Of a stretch of DNA of 64,000 bases, positions 16,505 to 29,950 are shown piece after piece. The notes beneath the pieces were generated by a model. The model searched no databases. It saw only the letters and a program-made list of their open reading frames with translations, and had not been told where the DNA came from. Numbering within the stretch: position 1 is the first letter of the stretch; each line of letters starts with the position of its first letter. The translations under genes were made by a program, and so were the position numbers. Source of the stretch: Octopus vulgaris. Lineage: Eukaryota. Location of the stretch: NCBI GenBank assembly GCA_951406725.2, contig OX597820.1, positions 121,644,001-121,708,000 on the forward strand, in the 5' to 3' direction.

Positions 16505-16915
16505 AGGCGTAGAAGTGGCTGTGTGGTTAGTAGCTTGCTTACGAACCACATGGTTACGGGTTCAGTCCCACTGCGTGGCACCTTGGGCAAGTGTCTTCTA
16601 CTATAGCCTCGGGCCGACCAAAGCCTTGTGAGAGGATTTGGTAGACGGAAACAGAAAGAAGCCCGTCGTATATGTGAATATATATGCGTGTGTATATGTT
16701 TGCGTGTCTGCATTTGTTCACCCCACCAACATCGCTTGACAACCGATGCTGGTGTGCTTACGACCCCGTAACTTAGCGTTTCGGCAAAAGAGACCGAGAG
16801 AATAAGTACTATTCTTACGAAGAATAAGTCCTGGGGTCGATTTGCTTGACTAAAGGCGGTGCTCCAGCATGGCTACAGTCAAATGACTGAAACAATTAAA
16901 AGAGAGTAAAGAGTA
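16505..16915 (+). mobile_element. SINE group B, full length
   Basis: Head AGGCGTAGAAGTGGCTGTGTGG, GGTTCAGTCCC, core CACCTTGGGCAAGTG, internal TA/TG tract, tail CCAGCATGG..GACTGAAAC-(GTAAAAGA)n. Confidence 0.9.
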
Positions 16916-17054
16916 AAAGGAGAGAGAAAAGACGGAAAAAGAGTTGAAAAAGCGCAAAATTGGTGATTGCGATAGGAGAGTCGGAAAGATATAAAAAAAC
17001 ACAGAAGCAAACAGACTGAATTTGAGATAAATTCGATTAGACTTTTTTTTTTTT

Positions 17055-17382
17055 TTTACTTGTTTCAGTCATTTTGACTGCGGCCATGCTGGAGCACCGC
17101 CTTTAAGCGAGCAATTCGACCCCAGGACTTATACTTTGTAAGCCCAGTACTTATTATATCGGTCTCTTTTGCCGAACCGCTAAGTGACGGGGACATAAAC
17201 ACACCAGCATCGGTTGTCAAGCAATGCTACGTGAACAAACACAGACACACAAACATACACGCACATACATATATATACATATATACGACGGGCTTCTTTC
17301 AGTTTCCGTCTACCAAATCCACTCACAAGGCTTTGGTCGGCCCGAGGCTATAGTAGAAGACACTTGCCCAAGGTGCCACGCA
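17055..17382 (-). mobile_element. SINE group B, 5'-truncated, tail-to-tail with 16505-16915
   Basis: Reverse-complement similarity to 16575-16900. Confidence 0.9.
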
Positions 17383-17699
17383 AATGAAATAATTATAATA
17401 TTAATTAGTAAATCTGAGGCGAAAAATAAGGATGGCAGCAATGAAATAATGATTTAAGTAGCTCCAAGTAGATGTTTATTTCTAAGATGGTACCCCACTA
17501 GAAGTTTGGTAGCTTCTGTGATATTTTGGCATTGACCGTCCATTCGGTAGCCTCCGCGTTTCGATACAACTGTTAATCCACGCAGACAAACTAGCCTCGT
17601 TGCTTTAGTGGTTTGTGTTGGTGGTGGTGGTTGGTGAGGCTAACTCCAGTTCAGACTTGATCTGGTGAATCTAATGTGAAAGCCATTCCAGGCATCAAT

Positions 17700-17845
17700 T
17701 ACGGGGTCGTAAGCACACCAGCATCGGTTGCCAAGCGATGTTGGTGGGGTGGGGTGGACAAATACAGACACGCAAACATACACACGCATATATATTCACA
17801 TATACGACGGGCTTCTTTCAGTTTCAGTCTACCAAATTCACTCAC
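17700..17845 (-). mobile_element. SINE group B internal fragment
   Basis: ACACCAGCATCGGTTG...CTTCTTTCAGTTT..CTACCAAAT. Confidence 0.8.
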
Positions 17846-18000
17846 ATCGTTGTTTTTCATTTTTAAGTCGGCAAAGACCTTGAGGAATATTTGGCTGCAA
17901 TTCCGAAGAGGCCGAGAGTCTGCATAGAGGAAAGCTCCCCTTTCTCTCCATCTCTCGCTCTCTCGTTTTCTTGCTCTTTATCTGTGTGTCTATCTGTTTG

Positions 18001-18054
<54 letters not shown>

Positions 18055-18261
18055 ATTGGCTAATTACATGCGTATGCCTTTCCTGTTCTTTTTAAAAACC
18101 AACGTTTGATCCGGGGCCAGGGTAAGTCTGTCAGTCGCTTGACAACGAAGTAAAGAATGACTGGTACGAGGCGACGGCATCGATCTTCGTCGCAGGTTTA
18201 AAGCATTCGAATTCTCTTTTATTGGCGAGTACCAGTTCAGAGACAGGAACAGGCTGGAAGA

Positions 18262-18359
<98 letters not shown>

Positions 18360-18364
18360 AGGAG

Positions 18365-18403
<39 letters not shown>

Positions 18404-18411
18404 AGGAAGGA

Positions 18412-18467
<56 letters not shown>

Positions 18468-18555
18468 GAGAAAGAAAGAAAGTAAGAAAGAAAGAAAGAA
18501 AGAAAGAAGGAGATGAGAGAAAGAAAGAAAGAAAGAAGGAGAGAAAGAAAGAAAA
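18262..18555. repeat. (AAAG)n purine tract
   Basis: Direct reading. Confidence 0.95.
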
Positions 18556-18990
18556 GCGACTAAATCTAGCGTTTAGGGCCAGGCCTCTCATTGGAGTGGC
18601 TTTGTTTTGTTAAGCAGCACGACGTATTCCTTACAAACAGCTTAGAGTTTTTAGCCTTTGACAAATGACAAATTGTTTATTTACAAAAGCCTAAGGGGAG
18701 TTAACTTGAGTAGTTGAAACGGTATATGGCTGTGATTGAGTTTCTTAGTCTGTATAAAAGTGTGTGTGTGTGTGCGTGTGTAGTTTAAGAATGTGATTAC
18801 GAGTATGCATATATGTGTGAGTTCGATATTGTGATACGTTGGTAAACGTGTAATGGAGTCTGTTTTGCTTCCTTCATCAGTATTTTTTTTTCATGAAAAT
18901 GCGCCATACGGAATTACAATGCAGAGATACATCGTCATACACTTTTTCCACCACCCACAACCACACATACACAAGATTATATGCTTGTAG

Positions 18991-19032
<42 letters not shown>

Positions 19033-19184
19033 TATATACACATATATATAGATATATATATATGTATATATATATGTGTATATACATATATATATGTATA
19101 TATATATATACATATATATATATATGCATATACATATATATACATATATATATATATATTTGCATATACATATATATATATATA

Positions 19185-19259
<75 letters not shown>

Positions 19260-19459
19260 ATATATACATATACATATATATATGTATATATATATACACA
19301 CACATATATATATATATATATATATGCATATACATATACATATAAATATATATATATATATGTATATATATGTGTATATATGTATATATATGGGTGGGCT
19401 GTCATATATGCATAGAATTCTAAAACCACGTGACACTTTCGTCAGCTGAGAACATACTG

Positions 19460-19632
19460 GCTTCAAATTTTGCCACAAGGCCAGAAATTCCGGGCGAGGT
19501 AGCGAGTCGGTTGCATCGATCCCAGAGTTTAACTGGTACTTAGTTTATTGGTCGACTGCCGTGGAATTTGAACTGAGACAGTCGACATGCCGCTAAATAT
19601 TTTGCTCGTAACGATTCGGTTAGCTCACTGCC
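19460..19632 (-). mobile_element. SINE group C, decayed
   Basis: TTCAAATTTTGCCACAAGGCCAG...AACTGGTACTTA...GGAATTTGAACT. Confidence 0.7.
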
Positions 19633-20101
19633 TGAGCAGAGAGGAAAATACCGAATACGTATAAAATGAACAATATTTAAAAATTTACAAATATCTCAAT
19701 TTTCTATGGAAACAAAATTGCAAGAATACAGAATTTTTCGAAATCAGCATTAAAAATAAAACTTTAAAGTTAACTTGCGGAAATGATCTTGTATAGAAAA
19801 ATTCGGTTAAATATTTTCAAATCAGACCTATGTCTCTGCCTGTGTGCGTGTGTTTGTGTGTGCGTGTGATTGTGTGTGCGTTTGCGTGCTTGTACGGGTA
19901 TATGAAATGCTAGTTGGTTTTTGCAATTATTGATGTCAATGTTCTTGTCGTTGTTGCGGTATTCTATCAATAAATATTTCAGTCGGTTGAAATGAATTGA
20001 GAGATGGATAATTAAAGAGCGAAGGAAGACGCGAGAATTCAAACTCAGTTATTTGAAAATACACGATGGTGGGTATATACGCATGTACGCACAAGTATAT
20101 C

Positions 20102-20144
<43 letters not shown>

Positions 20145-20302
20145 TTGTATATGTGTTTGTGTGTGAGTGTATGTGAGTATGTGTGAAATTGATAGATAGA
20201 CAGACAGGCAGGCAGGCAGGCAGACAGGCAAGCAGACAGGCAGGCAGACAGATAGATAGATAGAGAGAGAGAGAGGGAGAGAGAGAGATAGTTTGATAGA
20301 GG

Positions 20303-20352
<50 letters not shown>

Positions 20353-20383
20353 TAGAGAGATAGATAGATAGTTTGATAGATAG

Positions 20384-20415
<32 letters not shown>

Positions 20416-20441
20416 GAAGATAGATAGATAGATAGGTAGAT

Positions 20442-20538
<97 letters not shown>

Positions 20539-20549
20539 TAGATAGATAC

Positions 20550-20632
<83 letters not shown>

Positions 20633-21118
20633 CCAGAGCGGATGAATGAGGGCTATCCTTAATATACAAAATCTATTCAATCACAATAAGTTAATGGCCT
20701 TTGAAAAGGAAAGCTTACAAAATATCCTGATCCAAATATTTTATGCCCAACAAACGTTGCACAATGGCGCTCCATCTTAAATGTAATTATTGTTTTCCTT
20801 CTTTGAAACAATTCATCCATGCAGTGATGTATGTGTATGAAACCATGTATAGATATCAATATTCATAACTATTGGATGGAGAAGATCGATTCGCAGAAAC
20901 TGGTGATTACAAAAGTATGTTGCTTGAGGTGTTTTCAGATCAGAAGAACACTTTGTCTATTTAATGTATGAAGAATGTGACCGCATGGTCACGGCTGAAA
21001 TGCATTTGGTCACCAGGAAACCGAATCAAGACCAATGCTGAACTAAATAAACATAACTAATGAGAGGTAAAAGACAGATTAGAATGCTTTTGACCAGAGC
21101 TTTACTTAGTCTGAGCTT

Positions 21119-21427
21119 TGTTGTTGTTTGTTCCTTCTCGAGCCATGCATGGCTCATAAGGGCCGGTTTCCCGGTTTCTTGGCGTATAGGTTCCCCCACC
21201 TGGACGGGACGCCGGTCCGTCGCAGATGAGCTGCAAGATGCAAGAGGAAAGAGTGAGAGAAAGTTGTGGGGAAAGAATCAGCTGAAATTTCGCCACTACC
21301 TTCTGCCAGAGCCGCGTGGAGCTTAGGTGTTTTCGCTCCTTAAAACACACATCGCCCGGTCTGAAATTCGAATCCACGATTCCTCGATCGCGAGTCCGCT
21401 GCTCTAACCACTAAGCCATGTGCCTCC
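21119..21427 (-). mobile_element. tRNA-derived SINE group A, full length, with 15-bp target-site duplication
   Basis: Head GGAGGCACATGGCTTAGTGG on the minus strand; ACTTAGTCTGAGCTT at 21104-21118 and 21428-21442. Confidence 0.92.
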
Positions 21428-21994
21428 ACTTAGTCTGAGCTTGACTGATGCTATACAACAACAGCAACAGGGTTCCCAAAAGTAAATAAAATATGCAACA
21501 GATTTTGTGGTCGAAACAGGGCACGGTATATAGAAGCTTTTTCTCCCAAAGTTAGGGTTCAGTATTTATGTGGAACACAATTGGTTGTTGGTAGTATTTA
21601 GATGTAACTTCAAGTCAGCTCCGAACATTGGTGCCAATCATCAAACATTTTAGACGAAAACGTCTCAGCTTTATTTTCAGACGTTTATGTAGCGCTTCAG
21701 AAATACATATATTAAAATACAATGTGTCCTATTTTCCAAGTCAGTATTTTGCCCTTTTGGTTTTTTATTTCTGCATGGTTTCCCGACCGTATACAGGTAT
21801 ACGTGCCAGTAAAGATGCCTGTTATCAATTCATCGTAGCAGCGTTAGTGCTTCTTCTGTCGTTGTGTTATCATTGCCGAGTTCCAGACCAACCTTTGTTG
21901 GGCAGATTCGGAAAGAATTCATCGACTTTAGAGATACCAGAAGGGTTTAGGAATTTCAAGGAGGTTTCAGTGTTGTTTTTAGCAGATTGTAGTG

Positions 21995-22298
21995 ACGGCG
22001 CGTGGCTTAGGAGTTAAAGTATTCGGTTCACGAATGATTGTGCTGGATTTTTGAGGAAGTGTGTTTTGTCCTTGAGCAAGACACTGTATTCCACACCGTT
22101 GCAGTCCACTCAGCTGGCAAAAATGAGTTGTACCTGTAATTCAAACGGTTGGCCTTGACACATGCTGAATCGCGCTCAGAACTACGTGAAGGATATTCGT
22201 GTCTGAGGAGTGTTCGGCCACTTGCTCGATATTTTCACGAACAGGCTGTTCCATTGAGCGGATCATCTGGAACACTCGTCGTCGCAACTGACGGAGGA
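21995..22298 (+). mobile_element. tRNA-derived SINE group A variant, decayed
   Basis: GGCGCGTGGCTTAG head, GTCCTTGAGCAAGACACT core, tail GGAACACTCGTCGTCG..GACGGA. Confidence 0.8.
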
Positions 22299-22416
22299 CC
22301 GTTTAGAGCTCCTCATATAAAATCCACGTTTGTTGCCTGAAGTAGCGCAACTTTTGACTAAAATGAAAGAACATTCTACTATAGTCCTCACACACACACA
22401 CACGCACACACACACA

Positions 22417-22467
<51 letters not shown>

Positions 22468-23330
22468 GCACATGCACACACACATTCTCTCTCTCTCTCA
22501 TTTGCTTTTTCAGTTCTTTTGCCTTCAGAGTTTGGGGGAGGGACATAGCCCACACCCTTTGACGCACCGTCGGAGCGATGGAACCACTGGAAGTAAACAC
22601 ATTATAGGGAATGACTTACTAAGGTTCGATGTTTTGGGAGCGAAAAACTAGATATAGTCATCGATGTAGGGTTTGTGGGTTTGAGGAGTTAAGAGAAAAT
22701 GTTTATGCAAGATGGAAACATCTGAGGTGGAGACGACATGAACACAATTTCAATTCCAAAGTGGTTGATACATAAAGTAACAACTATTATCGGCACCAAT
22801 AAAATTGGGTAATTTTGCTTTTGGGATGACTGGATGCATTTGTATTGGTCTGTAATCGGTTGGCAGATGTATTGCTACAAAATTGGTTTCTCTTTGTATA
22901 ATCATTGCTTCTCTATCGATTGTTATTCGATCAATCATTATCTGCGTTGTTATCAATAGATTGCTAAAATGCTATTTGTATTAACAGACAATCATCTGAA
23001 TTGTTATCCAATGGCTTGCTACATGTTCGATCAGTTAACATCCATATTACTCTACAACAAATTGCTGTTTCTATCTTGGTTCCATAACTTGCTGTTTCTA
23101 TATATTCTATCAATTGCTTTTCGGATTGTCAAAGAATCGGTTCTTCTTATTTCGGAGTTCAATGCAGAACTTTGACTTTTATGAAAATATGTTATTGATA
23201 CGAGACCCTGTAATATATTCAAATCGATTCATGAAAAACATAAAAAAGAAGGAAAAGAATAAAATAATTTAAACGAACAGAAATTTAGTGATTGGTCGAA
23301 AAAATTCTGAAATATAAATGTGTGTGTGTG

Positions 23331-23381
<51 letters not shown>

Positions 23382-23502
23382 CAATTTAGGAGTGGCCTTA
23401 ACAGGCCATTCGTCCACCAGAAAGAGCAGCCATAACTCACACCGCCAAGTAGTAGTAATTCAGAAATTAGGTGAAAATTTAAAAACATTTACCCTAATTC
23501 AT

Positions 23503-23602
23503 CTTTTAGACGATGCATCGTTTCTGTGTTATTAATGATTAAATTAGCTTAATTAAATTAAATTAAGCTAATCTACCATAGGTCACACTTCATCAGTAAA
23601 AA
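23503..23602 (-). ncRNA. Type I hammerhead ribozyme motif with a long AT-rich stem II, in a probable PLE pLTR starting at (TA)n near 23380
   Basis: Reverse complement: ttttta-CTGATGA-a-gtgt...agattagcttaatt/aattaagctaattt...acac-a-GAAA-cgatgcatcg-TC-taaaag. Palindromic stem III, GUC triad, 6-bp stem I. Confidence 0.75.
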
Positions 23603-24123
23603 ACCTGGGAGAGACAAATATACACGAGGTGTCTGTATCGATGCCTCCGGAATATCTGTCTGAAAATTTTCAAGACCGACGTATTCGCGCCAAACTTATC
23701 AGCAGTAAATATAAACTGCCGATTCAATCTCAGAATTATTCAGAAAATTATCAATTAGTCAATTTAGGGTAGCAAAAAATTCAATAGAAATTTATCGCTA
23801 TTATGCTATTAAGTTAGACATGACCTGGACCAATCTTTAGACGAAACATATCTAAGCTTATCAAAGTTTATCTAATTTTAATTATAAGAAATTTAAAACT
23901 ACAATTAATACTATTAATACATGTATATACAAAAGCCTAACTTTAGACACCTCTTATATTTGCTATAAACATAATTCTATCGCTAAGTAGTATCTTACGA
24001 ATAAACACCAAAGACTAATAAAATATTAAAATGTACAATTTGAAGATCTTAAATACAAATAAATACTTATCTTAGCGAGGTTTTGTAATGAAATATATAT
24101 AAAATATATATAAAATAATATAT

Positions 24124-24458
24124 ATAAAAGTAGATAAATGGTACAAGGCACCAATATTTACTGGAAAATAGCAATCGTAATAAATACGACGCTATTGTAT
24201 AGCTTCACTGCGTATATACTAGCAAAGACGTGTGTGAGCAACAAACATGAAACAAATTTGTCTTACCTCTAGGAAGAACATTCGATAAATGGACAACCTA
24301 GAATCGGACAATGCAGGACCGGTTTCAGACTCTTCAAATACGTTTGACAACGTAAATTTCATTACGCAGTGAAGCTATACAATAGCGTCGTATTTATTAC
24401 GATTGCTATTTTCCAGTAAATATCGGTGTCTTGTTGTACCATTTATCTACTTTTATAT
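24124..24458. repeat. Inverted repeat with ~90-bp arms and ~150-bp spacer
   Basis: 24124-24214 versus 24363-24458 are near-identical reverse complements. Confidence 0.92.
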
Positions 24459-24948
24459 GTATAATTTCACCCTTATGGGCTATCTTTTACTGGAAAGTAA
24501 TACATTCGTATATATATATATAAGTACTCTATCTGATCAGAGATAGATAATATTTAAGAAACTCAATACATGATTTCTTAATGTGCCTTAAGAGTTTCAT
24601 ATGTTGAAAACTACCTCAACATAATCATCAGGCGAACCACATGTGATATCAATCACAATTTTTAGTTCATTATGGTATGTGGATTGTGACTGATGAACTG
24701 AGATATTTCCCAACATATGAAATTATTAGTAGCACAGAAAAACATGTATTGTGTCTATTAGATAATATATATATGTATACATATATATGCATGTATGTAT
24801 GCATATACGTATATATGTATGTATGTGTGTGTGTTTGCGCGTGCGTGTGTTCATGCGTGTGTGCGTGTGCGTGTGTGTGTGTGTGTGTACGCTAATATCG
24901 AACGGTCATAATGAGTGCTCAACACCGCATTGGTGGATAAATATTCTT

Positions 24949-25130
24949 TATTTGTTATTTAATAAGGCAACCAATGTTTTCATGCGAAGTGATCTTCGAC
25001 CTTCCACATGGAAGTGTTGGAACTTGTATTCATTTTGGATGAGAGTACGAAATCTCCCATGTTGCACGCTCGAACAATTGTGAGGATCTTTTCACAAGGA
25101 ACCATTGGTTGCCTTGTTAATCCACAAATA
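24949..25130. mobile_element. Small MITE-like element with ~50-bp imperfect terminal inverted repeats
   Basis: TTAATAAGGCAACCAATG..GATCTTC versus GAGGATC..CATTGGTTGCCTTGTTAA. Confidence 0.55.
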
Positions 25131-25163
25131 AGTGTGCATGTGTGTGTGTGTGTGTGTGTATGC

Positions 25164-25198
<35 letters not shown>

Positions 25199-25234
25199 TG
25201 TGCGTGCGTGTGTGTGTGTGTGTGTGCGTGCGTA

Positions 25235-25572
25235 AAGGCACATGGCTCAGTGGTGAGAGCGTCGAGCTTACGATCGTGAGGTTGTGAGCTCGAATCCCGG
25301 ACAGGGCTGCGTGTTGTGTTCTTGAGCAAGACACTTTATTTCACGTTGCTCCAGTTCACTCAGCTGTAGAAATGAGTTGCGACGTCACAGGTGCCAAGCT
25401 GTACCGGCATCTTTGCCTTTCCCTTGGATAATACCGGTGGCGTGGAGAGGGGAGGCCGGTGTGCATGGGCGACTGCTGGTCTTCCATAAAAAAACCAACC
25501 TTGCCCAGACGTGTGCCTTAGAGGGTAACTCTCTAGGTGCAAGCCCATGGTCAGCGTCTAATCGAAGGGGGT
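25235..25572 (+). mobile_element. tRNA-derived SINE (group A subfamily with GGTGCCAAGCTGTA body)
   Basis: Head GGCACATGGCTCAGTGG..GCTCGAATCCC; close copies at 52171-52505 and 58533-58855. Confidence 0.9.
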
Positions 25573-25999
25573 CACAACAACAACAGCAACAACAATATAT
25601 ATATATATTCAAATTTTGTGTTTGAAGCAGCTTCATAATGTCCCTACATAGTGCACATCTATCAATAGATGCTACCAAGTTGCGGTATTTCGTGTAAAGG
25701 AGAATCTTTTTAAGGCACATAACGTTAAAAATCGATTTTTGTCGCTCCAGTTCACTTTTGCAGATAGCAACAGCAATAATCACATATTAGGAGAGATATA
25801 CTGACTGGAGTTTGTGACAATCTATTGATACAGCAATAAGTAGTTTTGCTATCATAACTGGAATCAATTGTGCTATATTCGTGGCGACGGACGTTCTCCG
25901 TAATATATCAGCCGTCTGCAAAGGCCTCTGCATGCGCCTCTGCATAGGCGCCTGGTGTGGCAAGAATGGAAATGGAAATACATCTCATTCGGCTGCTTT

Positions 26000-26836
26000 A
26001 ACATTCAGCAATTACCGCCAATACCGGCTTTTATAGGACTCAAGAAAATTCTGGAAAATCGAATCAAGTGATTGCTTGACTCTGACTGGTTGTTTAATAG
26101 ACTGATCACGTGAAACTATTGTGGTTTCCTCGTGATGTCTGATCGCGTATCCAGGGATTCTATAACCCACTACGCAAGCGTTTTTGAGGGAGCATGTATG
26201 AATGTAAGCATGTATGCTTATAAATATATATGTATGAATGTATGTATTTATGTATGAATGTATATATGCATGTATGGTGTGCATGTATGTGTGTATGCTA
26301 TGTATGAATGCATGCATGTATGCATATATATATGCTTGTATGGAAGACCTTTAACAGCATATTAAATGCCATATAAGTTAAATTCTCGAATATGTTTATA
26401 TTATTTCTGTTTTCAGAGAAAATAGAGGAAATAGAACATTCAGCAATTACCACCAAAACCGGTTTTTATAGGACACAAGAAAATTCTAGAAAATCGAATC
26501 AAGTGATTGCTTGACTCTGACTGGTTGTTTAATAGACCGATCATGTGAAACTATTGTGGTTTCCTCGTGATGTCTGATCGCGTATCCAGGGATTCTATTA
26601 CCCACTACGCAAGCGTTTTTGAGGGAGCATGTATGAATGTAAGCATGTATGAATGTATTTATTTATGTATGAATGTATATATGCATGTATGGTGTGCATG
26701 TATGTGTGTATGGTATGTATGCATGCATGTATTCATATATATACTTGTATAGAAGACCTTTAACAGCATATTAAATACCATATAAGTTAAATTCTCGAAT
26801 ATGTTTATATTATTTCTGTTTCCAGAGATAATAGAG
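26000..26836 (+). repeat. Tandem duplication, period ~435 bp
   Basis: AACATTCAGCAATTAC... at 26000 and 26435; both copies end in TTTCTGTT(T/C)CAGAGA.AATAGAG. Confidence 0.95.
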
Positions 26837-27000
26837 CATGTCTTTGTTGACAATAGGGCGCAGCCACGTGTGAGAAAGGACAATATACGCAGGGCGCAAG
26901 AGTTCTTGACATTTGACTTAACACTAAAGACTACCTGTCCCGGGACAAGAGATCCGCCGCGGCCACCAGTACAGTTGTGGTTCTGTCGAAACGCTCCCAG
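26826..27000 (+). CDS. Candidate internal coding exon of an unidentified host gene
   Basis: Acceptor tatttctgtttccag|, donor CAG|gttgag, GC-richer than the flanks, open frame (E)IIEHVFVDNRAQPRVRKDNIRRAQEFLTFDLTLKTTCPGTRDPPRPPVQLWFCRNAP(R); 175 nt, phase 1 to phase 2. Confidence 0.55.
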
Positions 27001-27221
27001 GTTGAGATACTTAAATACATACGAAAGGATAAAATGACTACTTTTCGTCTTATTCTTCTTTGCTGTTCGAATATATGCCATTCACCTCACAGTTATTTCG
27101 CTTTGCTCATTTACATTTCAATTTTATATATGTGTGTATATGTGTGTATGTATGTATGAGAGTGTGTGTGTGCATGGGCATGTGCGTGCGTGTATGCGTG
27201 TGTTTTTGTCTTCGATTGCAG

Positions 27222-27252
27222 GCACATCAAAGGATATCAAAGATTGTGGTGA
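27222..27252 (+). CDS. Candidate terminal coding exon joined to 26826-27000
   Basis: Acceptor ttttgtcttcgattgcag|; phase-compatible continuation (R)HIKGYQRLW* with TGA at 27250-27252. Confidence 0.45.
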
Positions 27253-27571
27253 GGCTTCATTGTCACAGAACCTGAGCTTATCCAGGCTTTTGACGCGTAT
27301 AAGCGACAGAGTGTGCTTTGCTGGACATGATACTTGTCCACAGGAAGGTTACTATTCTCCAAGTTCTGCTATCCTAGTTCTTATTTTCAGCTGCGGGCAC
27401 TGAAGTCCAAGGGACTATGGTCAAAGCCACAGAACGGTGCTCGAGACACGAATCGAGCTTGTGACCTTACGCTCATGAGACCAACATCTTAAACACAGTC
27501 TCCCCGCCTTCACGCACGCAAACATACTTCACACACATGTAAGAGTGTATGTGTGTATGTATGCATCTATG

Positions 27572-27623
<52 letters not shown>

Positions 27624-28037
27624 TATGATTGTGTGTATGTATGTATCTACGTGTGTTTGTAAGTGTGTGTGTGCGTGTGCGGTGTGTGTGTTTGTTTGAT
27701 TGTGTGTATGTACGTATCTATGTGTGCTTGTAAGTGTGTGTGTGTGTGTGCGTGTGTGTGAAAATACTACCATGCTTATATGCAGTTGTGTGTGTTTGTG
27801 TTACTGCTTGTTTTTGTACATGAATGCGCCTACTTGTATGTATGCTTCTGTGTATGTGTGTGTGTGTGAGTGTGTGGTGTGTAAGGTGTGTGTGTGTGCG
27901 TGTCTGTCTGTCTGTGAGTATATGTGAGTTTGTATCTGTGTGTGTGTGTCTGCATGCGTATGTGTATTTGTATACATAAGTGTCTGTGTGTATATGTGTG
28001 TGTGTCTGCATGCGCCTTTGTGTGTGTGTGTGTGTGT

Positions 28038-28096
<59 letters not shown>

Positions 28097-28654
28097 CGTG
28101 CGTGTGTGCGTGTGTGTGTGTTTATGTGTGTCTCACAGCTGAAATAATCTTGGTAATTACTCTGTCCTTTCCCTTTGCCAGCCTCGGATCAGTTTTCAGT
28201 TTTCAAAGACCGCTGATATCCCCACCCCACCCCATCGGCATCCCTCTAACCTCCGCCCTCAACGACTCCGCCGCAAGCCAATCAACCATCTACTTCTTAC
28301 CAATTCGTGTTGCTAAGCGATGGAATCATGACAAGGAAGAATTGGGCTCTTTGAAAAAGACAATGGTAAATTCAATTCCTCGCTTGTGATTTCGGGAAGG
28401 CTTTGATGTGACGTCGTTAATGGAGGAGTATGATGTAAATACAGCTGCGCTTTTGATGGTAAATGTCCCGTATGGCATCTGGCGGTGCTCTGAAAGGGGT
28501 AGAGTTGCACTTCAATGTGGGAAATTCACACAGAGCTCAAACAAATACAACCAACACACTCCCCAATCACCAACGAAACAGCTACTTGATCGCTTGACCT
28601 GTTTGGTAGAAATAGCAACTAAATTTCCTTAATCCGACCGTCTTCAAGCAGGGC

Positions 28655-28696
<42 letters not shown>

Positions 28697-29173
28697 GAGA
28701 AAGGTGAGAGAAACAGAGAGAGGAGAGGGGAACAGAGAAAGGAGAGAGAGTAAGAGAGGGGGATTATGAGGATGCATTCGATTATTTTGTATTGGACGGC
28801 AGAGTTTGTGGAGGGTGAGATAAGATGCTCTACAGTATTTGCTCTTTCACTCTGCCGTGGTGAACTTAGCCCTTCATCCTTTAAGTACCAATAAATAATA
28901 GTTGAGAGTTTGGATAGAATTGGTCGAATTGTTAAGGCTGTGTCCCTGGTGGTGTCTTTTAAGGGACTTCATAGCTTGACAGCTGTGTCTGTCTCGGCAC
29001 TGGTGTCAGGCAATATTCGCTCTCTTGAAACAATATTTGGCGATGTGGAGAAGAGTGAACTGAAGGTAGAGCCAACTACTTGTCTCCCATGAAGAGAAAT
29101 GTTGCCCAAGCCCAAACCTTAAAGAGGAATTCACCTCCGCTGGAGGTCCCCAAGCACAGGGTGCATACAAGAG

Positions 29174-29234
<61 letters not shown>

Positions 29235-29324
29235 GATAGAAAGAGAGAGAGAGCGAGAGCGGGAGAGAAAGAGAGAGAGTGACAGGCAGAAAGAGAGGAG
29301 GAGAGAGAGATAAATACATATATA

Positions 29325-29389
<65 letters not shown>

Positions 29390-29505
29390 ATATATATATT
29401 AATATACATATATATATATATATTGATAAAAACGGTAAGGTAACAAAAGAAAGAGACCTCGATACCAAATAATTGTCACATATTATATTTACATATATAT
29501 TTATA

Positions 29506-29584
<79 letters not shown>

Positions 29585-29593
29585 TATATATAT

Positions 29594-29644
<51 letters not shown>

Positions 29645-29737
29645 CATACATACATACATGCATACATACATACATACATACATACATACATACATACATA
29701 CATAAACAGTTGCATACATATGTCTTATGACCATCAT

Positions 29738-29950
29738 GCTCATCATCTAACATCCGTTTTCTATGCTGGCATGGGCTGGGCAGTTTGCCGGGAGATAATA
29801 AGGCCGGAGGGCGCACTACGCTCCATTGTTTGTTTGGCACGGTTTCTATGGTTGGAAGCTCTTTCTGACGCCAAAACACTTTACATAATATAGGGGCTGC
29901 TTTTTACGTGGCACTAGCACCGGCGCCTTTTACGTGGTACTAGCAGTGAG
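29738..29950 (-). mobile_element. Decayed retroposon 3' end (SINE/LINE tail)
   Basis: CATCATC..ACATCCGTTTTCTATGCTGGCATGGG...TTTACGTGGCAC resembles a recalled retroposon tail; no second copy in this window. Confidence 0.45.

Noticed and set aside
24690-24730. CTGATGA...GAAA spacing
   Set aside because: No stem II pairing between the motifs.
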